Below are positions 58,592 through 60,694 of a stretch of 60,694 nucleotides of DNA, in pieces (the stretch's first letter is position 1; each line of letters opens with the position of its first letter). The position numbers were made by a program, and so were the translations under genes. Source of the stretch: an uncultured Thermoproteaceae archaeon (GTDB lineage Archaea; Thermoproteota; Thermoprotei; Thermoproteales; Thermocladiaceae); NCBI GenBank assembly GCA_964575955.1, contig CAZNTG010000002.1:1-60694 (forward strand), written 5' to 3'. The notes below the pieces were generated by a model. That model did no database searches. It worked only from the letters and a program-made list of their open reading frames with translations, and had not been told where the DNA came from.

Positions 58592-59461
58592 TCACAGCGT
58601 TTCTCTAGCTTTAACAATCTTAACTAGCCATTCAGCTACTCTATAAGCACCATCTTTTTCTTCTAATACTCCAAGCTCTTTCCAATAATCTACATCTATG
58701 CCTGCTGATTCAAGTGCGTGTTTTGGATATGTTCCATAACCTATCTTATCTACAAGTGCTTTAACTTCTGCATTTATGTCAATTGGTATGCGGGGAAGTT
58801 CTACGTAGTATCTAAATGCTTCGTGTATATATACTATCTTGTCAACACCTGCTAAAAGACCAATTATTACAGCATATGTTACTTCTGGTTTAAAACCTCC
58901 AGAGGCTATTAATATGACTTTACGTTTTTGTTTCTTCTGACTTATTATATATCTCGCATACTTGTCTAGAAGTTCATCTATTCCCTCTACAAAGAACTTC
59001 TCACTCACTCCAAAGCCCTTAAGTTCAACTACGTCGCAAGTGATTCTGCAGTCTGGCTTCAACTCTGTCAACATTTTAAATTGTTCCTGCATCTGTTCTA
59101 CATAGTTCTTTATAGCGTAGGCACAGAATATGCTTGTTCCCGTGTCTGTAGGATAGAGTCTAATATGCATTTCGTCAATATATGTAGTGTTTGGTTTCCA
59201 AGATCGTAGAAATTTTATCATTGTATTAAGCTCGGCAGACATGAGTTCTGGATTTTGCGAAATAACATCTACAATAAACCTCATCAACTTATCTGATGCG
59301 TGAATCCTCCTCCTAAACAAATCTTGCTTCGGATCATCTATTGGAAGTCTTCCAGCATTCTTAAGTATAGACTCAAACTCAGAAGGAATACTACCAGCCA
59401 ACCTATCTAAGTTAATCAATATTGAAGTCCCAACAGTTGCTAACAGCGTCACCTTCATCAA
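58592..59461 (-). CDS. crn1: CARF protein of the APE2256/Sso1393 (Crn1-like ring nuclease) family
   Basis: TVGTS, SAELN, PTDT, SGGFKPE, YIHE motifs and short C-terminal wHTH; no HEPN domain recognised. Confidence 0.75.
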   Translation of the reverse strand: MMKVTLLATVGTSILINLDRLAGSIPSEFESILKNAGRLPIDDPKQDLFRRRIHASDKLMRFIVDVISQNPELMSAELNTMIKFLRSWKPNTTYIDEMHIRLYPTDTGTSIFCAYAIKNYVEQMQEQFKMLTELKPDCRITCDVVELKGFGVSEKFFVEGIDELLDKYARYIISQKKQKRKVILIASGGFKPEVTYAVIIGLLAGVDKIVYIHEAFRYYVELPRIPIDINAEVKALVDKIGYGTYPKHALESAGIDVDYWKELGVLEEKDGAYRVAEWLVKIVKARETL

Positions 59462-59748
59462 TACTAAACTAACAGGTGGCTTAATTAAGAATTATCAAAA
59501 CATGTTAATACATCTCACAAAACACGCAAACCAACATCACATCTCTCATCTCAGAACATAGGTCTGTTATTCATATTGTGGCGTATTGCGTCTCTCCTAC
59601 CCCTCCCCCTCATAGATATGTAATGCATGATATGGACTTGAGAGTAGTGTTGATAAAGTCCACATCTATCACATACCACACCCAACCTAATAACCACAAC
59701 CTACTATCATCACACTCATATTACCACCTGATAATCACATCTTTCCTA

Positions 59749-60694
59749 CTTTCGATTCTTTTCTAGATTTTTCTTATACAAAACGGCTGAGGGCTATATA
59801 TATCCAGAAGACTGTGTTAACTTTCGATTCTTTTCTAGATTTTTCAAGTTAAGGAGGTGGAAAGGAGGTGTTTTGGTTTTATGCTCTTTCGATTCTTTTC
59901 TAGATTTTTCAGAAGCAAGAAAGGATGTTGAAACGCTTCTTAATATCGTCTTTCGATTCTTTTCTAGATTTTTCATATACAAAAATTGAAAAATAACAAA
60001 ATAGCCTTTATATAAGTCTTTCGATTCTTTTGTAGATTTTTCTTAAATGAAAAGAAAAAAGAGTTTGTAATAGAATTAAATCCTTTCGATTCTTTTGTAG
60101 ATTTTTCTGGAGTTTCCTAACCGCAAGAATGTTTGAGAGAATAAAGTGGTCTTTCGATTCTTTTGTAGATTTTTCCGTCAGACATACTCGAAATGTGGGC
60201 ATGGACACCAAAAAATGCCTTTCGATTCTTTTGTAGATTTTTCAATATATACATTAATACTTGAAAAATCGTTAATACTAGCAAACTTTCGATTCTTTTG
60301 TAGATTTTTCGTACAAGATCTGGTTAGTCAACCTGTTAACCAGACCAGAATCTTTCGATTCTTTTGTAGATTTTTCATAATCGTCATTTCAATGCTTATC
60401 CGCTTTCTAGCACATACGACTTTCGATTCTTTTGTAGATTTTTCTTAAGTACTTTGTTGAAGGTCAAGGTAGATCTATAACCACTTTCGATTCTTTTGTA
60501 GATTTTTCGCGGAAAAATGAGACAACGCATGACACAAAAAATTGGTGTCAAAACTTTCGATTCTTTTGTAGATTTTTGCAAACCATACCACCTCCTCTAT
60601 AGGTACACCATACATCTCCTTTCGATTCTTTTGTAGATTTTTGAGAGAGTTTTGAAAATTAGGTACATCAACTATCCATATCCAGCTTTCGATT
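59749..60694 (-). CRISPR. CRISPR array, 14 full repeats and 1 partial, truncated by the window end
   Basis: 25-bp repeat CTTTCGATTCTTTT(C/G)TAGATTTTT(C/G) at 59749, 59821, 59886, 59950, 60018, 60083, 60151, 60219, 60286, 60352, 60420, 60484, 60554, 60619, 60686; unique 39-47 nt spacers; minus strand inferred from the ...ATCGAAAG 3' end. Confidence 0.98.

Noticed and set aside
59794-60581. Several short ORFs with repeated motifs
   Set aside because: Translations of CRISPR repeats and spacers

Overview
AT-rich archaeal chromosomal segment, most likely a hyperthermophilic Thermoproteota lineage. That assignment is an inference from a TFE-beta-like gene, a CdvA-like gene, RNase P proteins, a class I CCA enzyme, many C/D-box sRNAs, GC-rich tRNAs and a 25-bp CRISPR repeat. 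Bases 1-46.9 kb are mostly housekeeping: lipid synthesis, aroB, tfeB-thpR-cca, RNase P, coaD, adk, rpl40e, udg, htpX and an M24 peptidase. This part also carries stand-alone cdhAB (Ni-CODH alpha/epsilon), two near-identical tRNA-Ser genes and seven predicted C/D-box guide RNAs. Bases 46.9-60.7 kb hold a type III-B (Cmr) CRISPR-Cas locus with a ring-nuclease-family CARF gene, a second cmr4, an embedded ATPase/nuclease/unknown trio and an array running off the window edge. Best candidates for new biology: (1) a promoter-bearing tRNA-Gln(CUG) 5' half with a GC-rich trailer, a likely split (trans-spliced) tRNA; (2) a divergent pair of small membrane peptides sharing an MCxPVxVT N-terminus, one missing from the ORF track, heading a radical SAM / S-component-like / TPR cluster; (3) the accessory module inside the Cmr operon; (4) an orphan CdvA-like gene. 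All functional calls come from motif recognition by eye; no database searches were run.
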